Shown: positions 13,300-29,298, counted from the stretch's first letter. The stretch is 64,000 nucleotides of DNA from Octopus vulgaris (GCA_951406725.2 OX597833.1:5890001-5954000); one strand, 5' to 3'. Notes: generated from the sequence alone by a model not told the origin. Program-made: numbers and translations.

Positions 13300-13800
13300 G
13301 GCGTAATGGTGTGACTAATGTAGCAGAGAACTAATATGATACACAAGTTTCAATGTAAACATGAAATGTATAAACTTTATAACTCTGTTACACGCGAAGA
13401 AACGTCAGAACAACACTTTGCCATAGGTTAGTCATGTATTCACAATGGAACACCATAACATAGAATATATTAAACGAAATATAATTATAAGGGGAAAATA
13501 GCAATATTTGGCAACACTACAATTTTATAATTCCAAAAAAAAAAAAAAGAAGAATGAGAAAATAACTACTAAAAATTCACTGGTAGCAATATATAAGTCA
13601 AACATCAAAACCCTGAAATATTCGATGAGTTCTACCAGGACTTCATCACTGCTAATTTCGAAATGCAGTGAACAGAATTTTATCAGTTATACCAGTGTCC
13701 CAACAATCATTTCTGAGCTACCGAAAAGCATGTGTACACCACGCCATTACTGACAACATTTCATTCTGACGATGAGGCAGTTAAGGGTTTGAAACGTTGC
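13300..13800 (+). pseudogene. Possible degenerate Penelope GIY-YIG region followed by a decayed hammerhead-like motif
   Basis: TNMIHKFQC-like and LLISKC-like peptides, and CTGACGA...GAAAC at 13766-13795. Weak. Confidence 0.3.
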
Positions 13801-13976
13801 TTGGTTGTGGATTTAGAACAATTACGAAACATCCTAAAGAATATATTAAACTCGAACGTAATTGTGTCTTTGATATGTACGCATGTTTGCCTGCCTGTCT
13901 GTATGTATGTATTTACAGAAAAAAATTCATCAAAAAGTGGCAGCATATTAAATACCTTTAAAGGTTAAAATTATTA

Positions 13977-14343
13977 ACAACTTATGAACAAGGGCCCAAG
14001 AAAATTATTTCCATGCCAATATGCTGATAACAGACTTTTAAATCGTCAATTTCCACATATTATTATATACCCACTACAGAAATACGTTGTGCTGAAATTA
14101 TATATTTCTTATTCGTATTTTCTACTGAAGAGGGAAAAATCTATGAGATTAATTCCGAAATTGATTCAATATAGAAATAACGAACGTTTTTAAAAAAAAT
14201 TCTGTTGGCTGGCTTTCCTCGATATCAGCACAACGTACTTCTGTAGTGGGTATATAATAATATGTGGAAATTGACGATTTAAAAGTCTGTTATCAGCATA
14301 TTGGCATGGAAATAATTTTTATTTGCCCTTGTTTATAAGTTGT
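13977..14343. repeat. Long inverted repeat (arms about 13977-14095 and 14225-14343)
   Basis: Arms are near-perfect reverse complements (..CCATGCCAATATGCTGATAACAGACTTTTAAATCG..). Abuts (TA)n. Confidence 0.92.
14118..14177 (+). ncRNA. Putative minimal type-I hammerhead ribozyme
   Basis: TTTCTA-CTGAAGA-GGGAA..TTCC-GAA-ATTGATTCAAT-A-TAGAAA. All three stems and the core are present, and the triplet is AUA. Confidence 0.75.
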
Positions 14344-14366
14344 ATGTATATATATATATATAAATG

Positions 14367-14418
<52 letters not shown>

Positions 14419-14558
14419 TTATAATATATATCCATACATAGTTATAATATAGACATATATATGTGCGTGTGTGTGTATACGCATAACTCTATTATATGTG
14501 TATATATATATATATGTATATATATGTGTGTATGTATGTATGTATGTATGTATGTATG

Positions 14559-14610
<52 letters not shown>

Positions 14611-14614
<4 letters not shown>

Positions 14615-14908
14615 TAGTCTTAGAGACAGAACCACCCTCAACTCAATCAACATCGAAAGATATTATACCCGAGCGAGCCATAAAATATTAAATATGATAC
14701 TTACTATATCTGTTCAGAATCCCATACTTTCCATTTTAAAGACAACGCGTGTTTCTTGACAGTATGTCGGTATTGTTGAGATATAAGGTCTCTAGTTTCA
14801 ATACTAAGATAAAGTAAGTATTATACTTAATTTTTTATAGCTCGGTCGAGTATAATATCTTTCAATGTTAATTGAGTTGAGGATGGTTCTCTCTCTAAAA
14901 CTACTTTT
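14611..14908. repeat. Inverted repeat (about 100-bp arms) embedded in (TA)n
   Basis: 14611-14711 is the reverse complement of about 14807-14906 with scattered mismatches. Confidence 0.85.
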
Positions 14909-15002
14909 ATATATATATAAATAATATATTGAGAGAAGTTCACTTCAGCACCTTTAATTTGAATGTCTCATTCCTGTGGACTTGTAATTAATCTTCCCTA
15001 AT

Positions 15003-15058
<56 letters not shown>

Positions 15059-15081
15059 CGAATTTGTGTAAATGTGTATGG

Positions 15082-15138
<57 letters not shown>

Positions 15139-15233
15139 GTTAATCCAAACATGAACAAAGAGAAAACATAACGCGAGGACGTGGAACAAATATTGTGTTA
15201 TTGGACGCTCAGGAAAGGAAAGAAAGGAGAAGG

Positions 15234-15268
15234 ATTTAACGTTTCGAGCTGAGCTCTTCGTCAGAAAC
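15234..15268 (-). ncRNA. Putative minimal hammerhead ribozyme inside a (TA)n-embedded module (15138-15342)
   Basis: Minus strand: GTTT-CTGACGA-AGAGC-TCA-GCTC-GAA-ACGT-T-AAAT. Palindromic ACGT stem III. Confidence 0.65.
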
Positions 15269-15346
15269 ATAGAAAAAGGAAAGGTCCAAGGAAGGAAGAC
15301 GGAGGAAGAAAATCGCCAACGATACACACGCGGTCACATAATATGT

Positions 15347-15422
<76 letters not shown>

Positions 15423-15448
15423 GTATATATATATATATGTATATATAA

Positions 15449-15562
<114 letters not shown>

Positions 15563-15591
15563 CGAATTTGTGTCAGTGTGTATAGAATAAT

Positions 15592-15891
15592 ATATTAGTT
15601 GGTTAAAGTTAAAACATGATCTGGTTTTCACTTTTTTTTTGCAATGTTGAAATGTGTTAAACATTAAAAAAAATATTTAGTAATGTTCATACGTTCGTAG
15701 TAATCATCAAGTAAATTTTGAAATCTGATGATTCCTACGGACGCCTGAAAGCGTTAATTGAACTTTATGAACGTTACTAAATATGTTTTTAAAGTCTAAC
15801 ACAATTCAACATTGTGAAAAATTTTTTCAAAAATACAATAATAAAAAAAACACGTGAAAACCAGTCTATGTTGTAACTTTATTCAACTGAT
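15592..15891. repeat. Imperfect inverted repeat enclosing a decayed hammerhead-like core
   Basis: Arms about 15592-15695 and 15760-15891. The loop contains CTGATGA..GAAAGCGTTA. Confidence 0.75.
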
Positions 15892-15892
15892 A

Positions 15893-16281
15893 GTTGTGTG
15901 GTTGTATGGTAAGTAGCTTGCTTACCAACCACATGGTTCAAGGTTCAGTCTCACTGCGTGGCACCTTGGGCAAGTGTCTTTTACTATAGCCTCGGGCCGA
16001 CCAAAGCCTTGTGAGTGGATTTAGTAGACGGAAACTGAAAGAAGCCCGTCGTATATATGTATATATATATATATGTGTGTGTGTTAGTTTGCCTATGTTT
16101 GTTCACCCATAAATTGACAACCGATGCTGGTGTGTTTACGTCCCCGTCATTTAGCAGTTCGGCAAAAGAGACCGATAGAATAAGTACTAGGCTTGCAAAG
16201 AATAAGTCCTGGGGCCGATTTGGTCGACTAAAGACGGTGCTCCAGCATGGCCGCAGTCAAATGACTGAAGCAAATAAAAGA
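15893..16281 (+). mobile_element. CORE-like SINE with internal microsatellite
   Basis: Matches the 3468-3842 family. Confidence 0.85.
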
Positions 16282-16312
<31 letters not shown>

Positions 16313-16395
16313 TTTATGTATGTATGTATGTATGTATGTATGTATGTATGTATGTATGTATGTATGTATGCATGTATCTATCTACCTATCAATCA

Positions 16396-16471
<76 letters not shown>

Positions 16472-16486
16472 ATCTATCTATCTATC

Positions 16487-16519
<33 letters not shown>

Positions 16520-17055
16520 TTATCTATTTATCTATCTATCCATCTATTTGTCTATCTATCTATCTAGTTGCATATCTACCCATCTCGTCTAAATGTAATA
16601 TTCATCTTAGCCTGTAAATCTATCTGTCCATCTAGCTATGCGTCTATCGATCTACCTATTCATCCCCCTATCCCCTATCTACTGTTTTATGCATCTGTTT
16701 ATTGATCTCCTCGTCTTATTTTTCCAGGAAATTCATTGAACTTTTTCAATGCTGGATTCACACTGGATTTACTCTAAGTCACCGTTAATGCTGCTACGGT
16801 GGGCTCAGAGCGGAAGGTAAGGCGCAACTTTGGCATCCTTTATTTCGCACTACACACACACACACAAACAGACACACACACTCAAACAAACACACACACA
16901 CGCACACAAACAGACACACACACACACATGCAAACCCTTTGTCTTTCTCTCTCTAAACATTATAGTCTATCACGTATAACTTACCCTCTTGTAGAAACAA
17001 TTTGAATGCGTGTGCGTGTATGCATATGAGAGAGTGTGTGTGTGTGTGTGTGTGT

Positions 17056-17377
<322 letters not shown>

Positions 17378-17860
17378 TGTATGTGTGTATGTGTTTGTAC
17401 GTCTGTACACGTATTCTCATTTATACATACATATAGAAATCGACACATACATAAATATAACTATACGCATACATAAACATACATATAAATACATACACAT
17501 ACACACACACACACCTTGTATAAATGTTTAATGGAAGCAAGCAATAATCACCGTTAATTTTATTAAACCTGATAAGTCATATAAGGTACCTTTCGATGAT
17601 GTCAAATGTAAGGAGATATCGTAAGTATATCCATCTATTTATCCATCTAATCATCTGTCAGTCTGTTTGCCTGTCTGACCTTTTATCTACCCATCAATTT
17701 ACCAATCTGTCTTCTTGTCTGTGTGTCGATGTAACCGTAATTCTATCAATGCGTTAGCCTCACTGAAGTTTAATCTACCAATCCATCTTAGAAATTAACT
17801 TGGGAGGTCATGTAACATATATTCCACTGTCTAATGTAACAAGATATTGTATATCTATCA

Positions 17861-17942
<82 letters not shown>

Positions 17943-18227
17943 AAATATATCTATCTAGTTAGCTAGCTAGCGACCGACCGACCTACCTACCTATTTAATC
18001 TAATGTAACTTGATATAGTATATCCATCCATCCATTCGTCCATACATACATACATACGTCCATCAATCCATAGATCCATCTATTCATCCATCCACCCATC
18101 CATCCATCCATCCATCCATCCATCCAACTGAGTCTAATTGAAAGAAAAAGTAGTTTAGAGCCATTTGGCGTCTTCTTCTAGCATGTGGCATTACTCGGTA
18201 ATCGCCCTTATATTTATAAAATTATAT

Positions 18228-18309
<82 letters not shown>

Positions 18310-18353
18310 TGTATGTATGTATGTATGTATGTATGTATGTATGTATGCATACA

Positions 18354-18700
18354 CTAGCAGAAGTACCCGGTGTTGCTCGGCATCGAAAGACTAAAATGCT
18401 TTTGATACTTAGTAAATTTCCTATGTTATAAAGAACGCTAGCGCCAAATTGTAACAAAATTGTTACAAAATTGTCGCAAACTGTAAAAAAATTGGTCGCC
18501 GCGTACCGCTGAAGCCAAAGGGTAACAGTTTGATACGATGCCCTGAGAAGGGCTTTAATGCGTTCTCAGATGATGTAACAATCACGGGTGAAGTAGCCCT
18601 GAAAAGGGCTTTTTTTTTGTCGTTCTCACAGCGGTAGAAATTTGATGAGAAGCCTACTTCCTAATACATGCACCACTCCACCATACACAGATACATAGAG
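18354..18700 (-). mobile_element. Helitron 3' end (5' boundary uncertain)
   Basis: Minus strand CCGAGCAACACCGGG hairpin followed by CTGCTAG|T, like the 10180 end. Confidence 0.55.
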
Positions 18701-18807
18701 ATACACCTTAAATATGAACAGCTTCCAGTTAGAGTTCTCCAGGAGAACCCCAAATGCTGGATGGTGTCACTATTGCCATAGATATCTCATTACGATCACA
18801 TATATTT

Positions 18808-19170
18808 CAACATGGTGATCTCATTCTTGCTCACAACATCATAAGCGGAAAGTGTAACCTCTCGAAAGAGCTGGTCTTCACTCCTGCTCCAGAGCGTCGG
18901 TTGCGGGGTCACTCCGAAAAGCTCTATCTGCGACGATTTCATCTCAATCGAAGGAGAGGGCTTTCTCCGTCCGGGTTGCGGATCCGTGGAATAAGCTGCC
19001 AGACGAGATGGTGAAGATGACAACGACCGCTCAGTTCAAAGTCTCCCTTGACCAGAAATGACCTGAACTCTTTGCATGAACACCACCCTGTACATAACTC
19101 CATGTCCCCCTACATGGCCTTGCTTTTTGCTTTTTGAGCCAAAAAATTAACTTAACTTAACTTAACTTAA
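18808..19170 (+). mobile_element. CR1-clade LINE 3' fragment
   Basis: GDLILAHNII..RLRGHSEKL..FSVRVADPWNKLP..FKVSLD, followed by an (AACTT)n tail. Confidence 0.85.
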
Positions 19171-19920
19171 CATAATGGAGACTGCATCTCAAAGACAGTT
19201 CATTTCTCATCAAGGTGAGAAAATACTTCACCTGCCGACGACCACAAGTTTTATACAGTTGATATCGCTTACAGAGAATTCGTACCTAAACAGAGTTAGT
19301 CTCTGCAAAAAGTTACTCTTGTCGTAGATTTAGTGTCTACTTAGAGCTAGTCCCTATAATGAGTTTGTAAAAAACTTAGGTGAGATTGACATGAAGAAAG
19401 TACTACTTCCAAAGGTGGCGCGATGCCGAAGAAACACTCAAATCACATAAAAAAAGCCACTGGATTCATTGGTATAAAGACACTCAGTCTCACACAAAGC
19501 CTCTGGACTACAAGCTTGTTATCTCCCTTTTTTGCTTGTTCAGCCGCAATTATAAGGGCAGGTGTTGCATTTACCAGCCTCCCTCAAACACGCACGATTC
19601 ACCTGACCAGTTTCGTTTCTTCATCCATGTTTTGTTTAAAGTCTTCCAGGCTCACTTTGGACACTTCGTCCAGTCCTTCCATCCCCGAATATTGTCCCAC
19701 TTGAACTCATTCTTTGCATTTGTCTTTCTCGGAGTCTTTAACTTGCAAAAATGTAAGCTGAACATTAACGGCAACCAGAGGGTCTGCGGTGTTCATGATC
19801 TCTGCCTCTTCCCTTAGATCCAGCCAATGAGAGGGCACACCTCTTCTCCACACCACAGTCATTGTTCTTCAGACAACACTCCTTAAACACACACACACAC
19901 ACACACACTTATGTATGTAC

Positions 19921-19970
<50 letters not shown>

Positions 19971-19974
<4 letters not shown>

Positions 19975-20026
19975 GAATACTAGTACATATGTATACATAT
20001 ATATATTTATATATACATACATATAT

Positions 20027-20079
<53 letters not shown>

Positions 20080-20216
20080 GAATACTAGTACATATGTATA
20101 CATACATATATTTATATATACATACATATATATAAATTATATATATATATATATATATATAGTAGAATACTAGTACATATGTATACATACATATATTTAT
20201 ATATACATACATATAT

Positions 20217-20293
<77 letters not shown>

Positions 20294-20300
20294 GAATAAT
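19971..20300. repeat. Compound minisatellite: AGTAGAATACTAGTACATATG.. unit x3 plus a partial fourth, separated by variable (TA)n
   Basis: Units start at about 19971, 20076, 20161 and 20290. Confidence 0.85.
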
Positions 20301-20301
20301 C

Positions 20302-20344
<43 letters not shown>

Positions 20345-20405
20345 TGTGTGTGTTTGTGTGGTGCCATAATGAAGAGAACGTTCTTGGTACAATATTATAT
20401 AATAT

Positions 20406-20594
20406 ATTTGCAAGAATGAGTAGGGATGGCTTTTTGGGGGCATAATTTTTATTTTGATGTTAATACTAATGTTTATAGTGAGTTTCAAGCCTTCAAGTAA
20501 CCGTTTTCAAACTGAAAAATATATGGTTTACTGGTTGCTTAAATAGTAAAAGATTTAAGCCATCAAAAAGCCATCTCTACTCATTCTTGCAAAT
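20406..20594. repeat. 31-bp inverted repeat
   Basis: ATTTGCAAGAATGAGTAGGGATGGCTTTTTG / CAAAAAGCCATCTCTACTCATTCTTGCAAAT, 1 mismatch. Confidence 0.88.
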
Positions 20595-20628
20595 GCATAC
20601 ATACATACATACATACATACATACATAC

Positions 20629-20789
20629 GACAGGCTTTCAGTTTCCATCTACCAAATCCACTGACAAGGCTTTGTGCTGGTCCAAAGCTATAGTAAAAAA
20701 CACTTGCTCAAGGTGCCACGCAGTGGGACTGAACCCGGAACTATGTGGTCGGAAGCAAATTTTTAACCACACAGCCGCGCCGGCACCTA
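20629..20789 (-). mobile_element. CORE-like SINE 5' part
   Basis: Matches the family head. Confidence 0.75.
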
Positions 20790-21059
20790 TATTTGCACAA
20801 AATGTATACGCCGAAGAACATGAATTAATAAAATAGTCAGAGAAGTATGAACTGATCGTATAGACATGGGTTTGGCATATTTTGAGCATCACTCTACCCA
20901 CCACAACTATCAAATGTTCTCTGAAGAACTGCAGGATGTTAACCACGATGAAATACACCTCAAAGTAAATTAAGGTTTATGCCATTGTACCAGAAATTCC
21001 CCGCTCATAACTCGATAAAAACTGAATAGACCATGTTTACAGTGTTGATCCCATTATAA

Positions 21060-21415
21060 AAAGAGAGAAAGCGTTTGAAGGGTACATTCAAAAAGCCTCG
21101 TTGAATAGCTTTGAGATTAACCCCGACACCTGGGAAACGCAAGCACAAGACCGCCCTGCCTGGCGAAGAATCACCGACTGGGGTGCCACCTCTTGCGAAC
21201 AGAACAGGATCGAGGGCTACAAAGAAAACACGAACCGCACAAGCCCAGGGCTAACTCCTCGTTTTCTGTCTCAACAGACCACCAATGCTCGAACCTGCAG
21301 CAGAACCTTCTGAGCAAGCATCGGACTGATTCATCACAGCCGGATGCATCGTACCCCGTCTTTTTTTCCCATGTGATGTCTTTGATCATCGTCGACAACG
21401 ACGGACGAACAAATA
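21060..21415 (+). mobile_element. RTE-clade LINE 3' end
   Basis: ASLNSFEINPDTWETQAQDRPAWRR, C2H2-like remnant (TCSRTF..IGLIHH), and a 3' UTR ending GACGGACGAAC. Confidence 0.8.
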
Positions 21416-21705
21416 ATATTGATATACACCAGCTTTTCAGTTTGTGTCTATATAACATGAACACCGGGTTTCATGCATGTCCTGACTGCCACCCGCACCC
21501 CGTACATGTTCTAACTGCTTGCTGTTCCGATAGAACACGCCCCAAACAACCAAACTACACCTGACACAACATCTCGTAACTGTCAGATTCTCCAAATACC
21601 ATAAACATCGTCTCCAGATTTCGTTCTTAAACATGCCTGGACTTCCACATTACTGCAGACCCTTAAAAACATTCATGCACACACACAGACCCTTCACAAG
21701 GGATT

Positions 21706-21920
21706 TACTCTTACTCTTTTACTCTTTTACTTGATTCAGTCATTTGACTGCGGCCATGCTGGAGCACCGCCTTTAGTCGAGCAAATCGACCCCGGGACTT
21801 ATTCTTTTGTAAGCCCAGTACTTATTCTATCGGTCTCTTTTGCCGAACCGCTAAGTGACGGGAACGTAAACACACCAGCATCGGTTGTCAAGCAATGCTA
21901 GGGGAACAAACACAGACACA

Positions 21921-22008
<88 letters not shown>

Positions 22009-22172
22009 TACGACAGGCTTCTTTCAGTTTCCGTCTACCAAATCCACTCACAAGGCATTGGTCGGCCCGGGGCTATAGCAGAAAACACTTGCCCAAGATG
22101 CCACGCAGTGGGACTGAACCCGGAACCATGTGGTTGGTTAGCAAGCTACTTACCACACAGCCACTCCTGCGC
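21706..22172 (-). mobile_element. Full-length CORE-like SINE with expanded internal (TA)n(TG)n
   Basis: Reverse complement of the 55196-55625 family. Confidence 0.9.
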
Positions 22173-22250
22173 CTTTTACTTTTTTCATTTTTTAATCTCG
22201 GATTTTGCGATATGTTTATGGATTAGACAGGACGAAAGGGAAGGCGCGTG

Positions 22251-22563
22251 CCTTAGCGGTTGGGATATTCGGCTCACAATCGCTTGGTCGTGCGTTCGAT
22301 TCCCGGTGACGCATTTTCTTCTTGAGGAAGGTACTTTATTTCGTATTACTTCAATCCACACCCCTAGCAAAAATGAGTGGTACCAGTAATTCAAAGGGGC
22401 CAGCCTTGTGCCATTCTGTTTCATGCTGAATCTCCTTGAGAACTACGTCAAAGGTACGCGTGTGTGTGGAGTACTCAGCCACTAGCACGTTAATTTCACG
22501 CGTAGGCTGTTCTGTTGGCCGGATCAGCGGGAACACTGGTCGTCGTAACCGATGGAGGGCCAG
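22251..22563 (+). mobile_element. Diverged OR-like SINE, tail A
   Basis: The tail matches the reverse complement of 863-1030. Confidence 0.7.
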
Positions 22564-22585
22564 TTCAGTTTAGCGAGGGCGATCG

Positions 22586-23157
22586 AGCGGCGAACTGGCA
22601 GAAACGTTAGCACGCCGGGCGAAATACGTAGCAGTATTTCATCTACCGTTACGTTCTGGGTTCAAATTCCGCCGGGGTCGATAAACTAAGTACCAGTTAC
22701 GCACTGGTGTCGATGTAATCGACTTAATCCGTTTGTCTGTCGTTGTTTGTCCCCTCTGTGTTTAGCCCCTTGTGGGTAGTAAAGAAATAGGTATTTTGTC
22801 TGCCGCTACGTTCTGAGTTCAAATTCCGCCGAGTCGACTTTGCCTTTCATCCTTTCGGGGGTCGATAAACTAAGTACCAGTTCTGCACTGGGGTCGATGT
22901 AATCGACTTAATCCGTTTGTCTGTCGCTGTTTGTCCCCTCTGTGTTTAGCCCCTTGTGGCTAGTAAAGAAATAGGTATTTCATCTGCCGCTACATTCTGA
23001 GTTCAAATTCCGCCTAGGTCGACTTTGCCTTTCATCCTTTCGGGGTCGACTAAATAAGTACCAGTTACGCACTGGTGTCGATGTAATCGACTTAATCCGT
23101 TTGTCTGTCGTTGTTTGTCCCCTCTGTGTTTAGCCCCTTGTGGGTAGTAAAGAAATA
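22586..23157 (+). mobile_element. Meta-domain-like SINE: one head plus three tandem body-tail units (about 184 bp, the first with an internal deletion)
   Basis: Junctions AAAGAAATAG|GTATTT at about 22790 and 22974. The family assignment is from memory of the GGTCGACTTTGCCTTTCATCC..GGTCGATAAA..AGTACCAG motif. Confidence 0.85.
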
Positions 23158-23641
23158 TATATTATTGAGAGTAACAACTGGGGATAGACGACGGTCTCAG
23201 GTATTTCATCACCCATCTTTGTATAAGAATATTGGATCAGACGACAACGACAACAACAACAACAACCACCACTTAAGCCACCCGCCCCACCCGCCACCCG
23301 CGCAACAGGGTGAATGTCGGTGATTAAGGAACGCTCTGCCAAAGATAAACACAGCCAGACGCTGTCAAAACATGACTGTCAAAAAACTAATTACTTCCAC
23401 ACCAATCTGTTGTTATGTGCATCACGTGACATCTCACTTGAAACGGTTTCCTGTCCGAGATCATCCCGGCCTGATCGCTTTCTTCTTTTTCCTTTTTTCT
23501 TTTTCTTTTTTTTTTTTTGTTTAATTCATGGACTGATATTTTTATGAATCTACGCCCCCTCCCCCCATTCCGCAACCATTTTCTCATTACTTTCCTTCTC
23601 TCTTTTATTCCTTTCTTCCTTATTTCTACGGTCACAGCCCT

Positions 23642-25520
<1,879 letters not shown>

Positions 25521-25611
25521 CGCGCACACGCGTACATGCACATACCATTGAAACTTTGCAAGTACAAAACGCTATTAACCACAAACAAAAGATGTATATA
25601 TATAGAAATCT

Positions 25612-25678
<67 letters not shown>

Positions 25679-25963
25679 AGCCTCCCTATATATATTTTAA
25701 GTATGGATGTCTTCGCTGATTTGATCTCGCCACCCCCACCCACCCTTCCTTCCTTCTCCCACCACCCACCCCTTCATCTCATTAGATTGTTTCTCTCTGT
25801 CTTCGTCTTTGTTCACAGCATGTCCATACTTGCATCTACCCACACACCCACACACATACCATCATACACACAACATACACACACACACACATACCTTTAT
25901 ACACACGCCACAACATACATTTATATATATATAAATATACATCTATAAATATATATATATATA

Positions 25964-26022
<59 letters not shown>

Positions 26023-26037
26023 TATGAATATATAGAA

Positions 26038-26089
<52 letters not shown>

Positions 26090-26832
26090 CAGGTCAGCAT
26101 GTAACCAATGAACGGACAACTCATTTTAAGCATACATACAAATACACACACACACACATGCATATACACACTGACGAACACCACTTATAGAAACACACAT
26201 ACACTACCATACGACCCTAGGGGCATACACTTGTGGGAGGGCAAGTCACGCGCACACAGATACACACACAAATACAAGCGCTTACACACACACAAGGGCA
26301 TACACAAACACAAACCCTGAACGAAACACAATCACAAAAGGTAACTTCGCTCCCAATCCAGGTAATAGAAATGCTGGAAATAGCAGTAAACTCTCTGTAA
26401 ATGAAGCATCATTGTCTGAAAAGAGCAAGAAGAACTGGGCAACAGAGCACTGGTTAATCAAATAAACAGGGGTGGTCACTACTGGATTGTATAAGTTGTA
26501 AGTCTATTAGATCAGGGTGGCCCAAAAGTTGAAGTAAAAGTCACAATGTGACGACACACAGCATGGCATATATTATCAATGATATCGTACGCAAATAGGC
26601 ATATACACATATATATACACCCTTATACATCGATGTATATTTGAATATGTGCGTTTGTTTATATATATCTATATCTATACCTATATGTTTCATGTTCGTG
26701 GCTCCGACGAAGCTATAAGGTGTTACTCATGCACCCAAATATGAGTTCAACGCATCTCATAGCGGAAACAGCTATAAGCTAATGAAGTTCATAACATACT
26801 CACTTATACTTTTGTCCTTTGTCATTTCATTT

Positions 26833-26935
<103 letters not shown>

Positions 26936-27049
26936 ACACACACGTACTTGATATACTTATATAAACGCACACACACACATGTTATTTATCACACATAATT
27001 ATTTGTGTAATGTGCTTCGAAGCGAGGTCATACTGAAACAATTGTAAAG

Positions 27050-27741
27050 AATATTCTTTTCTACTCTTGACACAAGGTCCGAAAATTTGGGGGAGGGGCC
27101 AGTCAATTACATCGACCCTAGTACGCAACTGGTACTTATTTTATCGAAAGGATGAAAGGCAAAGTCAACCTCGGTGGAATTTGAACACAGAATATAAAGA
27201 CAGACGAAATACCACTAAGCATTTCGCCCGGTGTGCTAACATTTCTTGTTTCTTTACTGCCACAGGGGGCTACACATAGAGGAAACAAGCAAGGACAGAC
27301 GGATTAAATCGATTATATCGACCCCAGTGCTTAACTGGTACTTATTTAATCGACCCCGAAAGGATGAAAGGCAGAATTTGAAATCAGAACGTAACGACAG
27401 ACGAAATGCCTCTAAGCATTTCGCCCGACGTGCTAACGTTTCTGCCAGCTCGCCGCCTTCGACGAAGTTAGAAATTGAGGCTATAATGAATTATGAGGTG
27501 GCAAAAAGTTTACCGAAATATTCTTTTCAACTCTAGACACAAGGCACGAAATTTTAGGGGAGATGGGCCAGTCGATTAGATCGGCCCCAGTACGCAACTG
27601 GTACTTAATTTATCGACCCCGAAAGGATGAAAGGCAAGGTAAAGTCGACCTCGGCGGAATTTGAAATCAGAACGTAAAGACAGACGAAATACCTCTATGC
27701 ATTTCGCCCGGCGTGCTAAAATTTCTGCCAATTCGCCGCCT
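27050..27741 (-). mobile_element. Cluster of three Meta-like SINE copies
   Basis: Repeated ATCGACCCCGAAAGGATGAAAGGC..GCATTTCGCCCGG motifs. Confidence 0.82.
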
Positions 27742-28004
27742 AAATTGTAAACAATATTAACGTTGAAGGTACGCTGGTATTTTCGTCTTCACCTTTGTCT
27801 TATATGCTTCTTCACAAAATAGAAACCAATTCATTCTTTCAGCAATAGTTACTCGGATTTCCTGCACTATTGGACTACCGTTAATTCCTACCTTAACATG
27901 TAGATACTCAGGAATTCGTATCGGCTGCTGCACATGGAATATACCGATATTTTACCAAATTCAATCTTATATTTTACATATATATTAATTAATTGAATCT
28001 TTCC

Positions 28005-28178
28005 CCCTCGAGCCATGCTATTCTCATGATGGCCGGTTTCCTGGTTTCCATGGCATATATATTCCCCACATTGACGGGACGCCGGTCCGTCTCAGGATTA
28101 CTCATTTTTGCCAGCTGAGTGGACTGGAGCAATGTGAAATGAAGTGTTTTGCTCAAGACCACAACGTGTCACCCAGTC
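28005..28178 (-). mobile_element. CORE-like SINE fragment
   Basis: Minus strand GTGGTCTTGAGCAAAACACTT..TGCTCCAGTCCACTCAGCTG. Confidence 0.6.
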
Positions 28179-28932
28179 ATTTATTTATTTATTTATGAAA
28201 CAATAAGTAGAAATTACTTCCTTTGAGAACTTTACTGTAGACAAAATTGATAAAGTGTTAACGTTTTTATCAAAATACGCTACCGGTTTCAATCGGTAGT
28301 AAACACTATTTAGTCATGTTGAAATAAAAATAGAAATAAATTGAAATAAATTGATTTAATCTTTCATGATATCAATTTGGGGATTCTACACAATTTTCCG
28401 ACAAAAATCACGTGATCCTGATGTTTTATTTGCTTTCGTTTACTGCTGAGTCGTTGTGGCAGCAAATCAAATTTGATTGTCGACACTTCCGTTCAGTTTA
28501 CTTTCTGTTTATTTTTGAAATTCAATAAACTGCATGTTAACTGAAATGACATAATCAACAACACGAAATAAAAGTGCATTTCCAAGGCAACAATTCCAGT
28601 GGATATTTTTCCTTTTATGACTGGTAAAGGAGAAATGAGAGAGAGAACAAAAAACCGGTGAATGTATTTAACAAAAGCAACAACAATGGCGCCAATATAC
28701 AGAAGGGGAAATACATATCCCACGCGATATTAGTAATTATTGATGACTACAAAGTAATAATAGGAATAATAGTAATAATGATAATACTACTACTAATAAT
28801 AATAATAATAATAATAACGACGACGATGACGACGAGGAGGAGGAGGAGGAGGAGGGTGGCAAGGGTAACTACAACTAGTAATTATAAGGAAAACATGTTA
28901 TATGGCAATAAAAATACTTGTAAGCACAATAA

Positions 28933-28933
28933 C

Positions 28934-29004
<71 letters not shown>

Positions 29005-29117
29005 CAGCAGTAGTAGCAACAGCGGCAGCAGTAGTAGTAGTAGTAGTAGTATTAGTAGCAACAGTAGTAGTAGCAGCAGCAGTAGTAGTAGTAGCAGCAG
29101 CAGCAGCAGTAATAGTA

Positions 29118-29154
<37 letters not shown>

Positions 29155-29218
29155 CAGTAGTAGTAGTAGCAGCAGCAGTAGTAGCAGCAGCAGTAGTAGC
29201 AGCAGCAGTAGTAGTAGT

Positions 29219-29250
<32 letters not shown>

Positions 29251-29260
29251 TAGTAGTAGT

Positions 29261-29298
<38 letters not shown>

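Noticed and set aside
20921-20965. CTGAAGA..GAAA motif
   Set aside because: No stem I or stem II pairing. The same applies to 49498.
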